Assembly (NCBI RefSeq): GCF_006345805.1 | Contig: NC_043003.1 | Location: 51,150,001-51,214,000 of the forward strand | DNA: 64,000 nucleotides | Reading direction: 5' to 3' | From: Octopus sinensis | Taxonomy: Eukaryota | Part shown: positions 62,495-64,000 of the stretch, in pieces | Position numbering within the stretch: the stretch's first letter is position 1 | How the letters are laid out: each line of letters begins with the position of its first letter | Translations under genes and position numbers: made by a program | The notes under the pieces: model-generated | Seen by the model: only the letters and a program-made list of their open reading frames with translations | What the model was told of the DNA's origin: nothing | Databases searched by the model: none

Positions 62495-63094
62495 GTAAAA
62501 CTATATCAACAGTTTGTGTTGCTTGTGATTGTGTGTGGGATCTCTTTTTTTTCATACATATTTCGACAAAAAATATAGAATTTTTTTTATCCGACCACAG
62601 TGCTTCTATATCTTCTTGCTTTTACATAGTTTGCTTTATTTCCAGTCAGGCACGCTGCTCTTATTTTTCAGTTGAATATTTTTTTTTCTTTGTATCTCAC
62701 ACATTACTATTACACTCTGAAAAGCTTCAGCACTAGTTAAGGAAGGTACAGTGGATACAAATTTATTCAAAGACACAGTCTCCAGTCCTATAATTTATTA
62801 ATGGTAATAATAATTATTTCTTATAAAAGTGTATATTGGTGTGGGAACATAATAGCCAAAACAAATACTGCAAAACATTTTGTCCAATGTTCTAATGATT
62901 CTGCCAATACAAATATTTTCTCCTCATTCAACATGCCCCCCCCCCCAAATAAATAAAAGAACAACCAATTATCACTTAATTATATTTCTGGTTCGTATTA
63001 ATTTATTGCTAACAGTATGTTTGCTTAATTTTACTTTACTTTTGGTTGGTTGTGTGTATATACTTAGTATCTGTTCTCTATTCTGTTCTTGTAG

Positions 63095-63203
63095 CAATGT
63101 ACCTATTGATTTCAATCTGTACCGCAAGTTTTGGGCTTTACAAGATTTCTTCCGGAAGCCTCTTCTTTGTTATGAGAAAGTGGCATGGCTGACCTTTACA
63201 TCA
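63095..63203 (+). CDS. THOC1: THOC1 exon 10 (SNVPIDFNLYRKFWALQDFFRKPLLCYEKVAWLTFTS); gene continues beyond the window
   Basis: ttcttgtag| and |gtaagt; 109 nt. Matches PIDYNLYRKFWSLQDYFRNP.QCYEK. Exons 1-10 total 759 nt = 253 codons with no stop. Confidence 0.97.
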
Positions 63204-64000
63204 GTAAGTATTTTCTTTTTATATATACACTTATATACTTGGTGGTACTTCTTTTTATGTCACAACATGGCTATTGTTTCTGTTCTGTGATAATAGCGAT
63301 ACAAGTAGTTAACAGTTCAGCAGGAATAAGAAAGAAACAAGAGGGCTGATGTAGCCTTTTTTGCTTACAAGTTCGCCAAGGTGCTACTGTATGATACCTT
63401 GAGCTTGTGTTATCTTCTATACCATAAATGCCTTGGTCAAATACAAATGCCTTGTGACTTCTAGGTTATACACCTTTAGATGAACTTTGCTGTTCTGTCA
63501 ACTGAAATGGATCTTTCCAATATGTGTTAAGTTGGGTTACTTGTGACATGATTATTCGTTAATGAAGTAAGGTACATAACTCTGCTTGTCTTAGCTTCCC
63601 TAACGGAGCAAAATATAGGCTTTACTGTTAGTAGTAGGAAAGATGGCTAAGTGTATAACCAATTGCTTCAACATAAACCATCCAAGCGAAGAAGGGAAAA
63701 GGGATCTAGAACGATTCAACATACACCAATATATATTTATATGACCAACAGACACTGGAAAAAAAGGGAGAGGAGCGAAGTGTTGTTATTATATCCACAA
63801 ATAACATATTACTCGATTTGGGTTCGTGCCTATTTTTTCATCAGAACATAGTTTTGTTTGAATTTTTATGTCTTATGCTTCTTTCTGATCTGTAGTCCAT
63901 GGGTTCATGCTTTACCATTGCCATATAAATTATGGTGACTGTCTTCATCAGTGACATTGAGCTTGGTAGGAAGACATTGTTTGTATTGTTTCTTCTCTTT

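Overview
AT-rich, repeat-dense animal genomic DNA. It is most likely from an octopod/coleoid cephalopod, inferred from the tandem C2H2-ZNF genes, the SINE families and the microsatellite load. Genes: (1) the first coding exon of a natriuretic-peptide-receptor / receptor guanylyl cyclase-like gene (minus strand, 8581-8908; no further exons found in the window); (2) two single-coding-exon C2H2 zinc-finger genes in tandem on +, ZNF-A at 31748-32578 with an in-frame TAA and ZNF-B at 38099-40111 intact with 23 finger repeats; (3) THOC1 exons 1-10 (46802-63203, 253 codons, phases consistent, gene continues past the window). The rest is a patchwork of decayed mobile elements (HERO-, CRE- and R4/Dong-type RLE LINEs, Tx1/L1, RTE and CR1 LINEs, hAT Buster/Charlie, pogo/Tigger MITEs, a Helentron-like element, tRNA-head SINEs) and microsatellites. 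Most interesting observations: three hammerhead-ribozyme-like motifs, one behind a tRNA-like Pol III head; a head-to-tail HERO arrangement with a pseudo-LTR look; a perfect 31-bp hairpin; a stop codon in ZNF-A that could be a target of A-to-I editing; and CpG-depletion domains that follow the gene bodies. Family names come from recalled motif knowledge, not database searches, and repeat boundaries are approximate.
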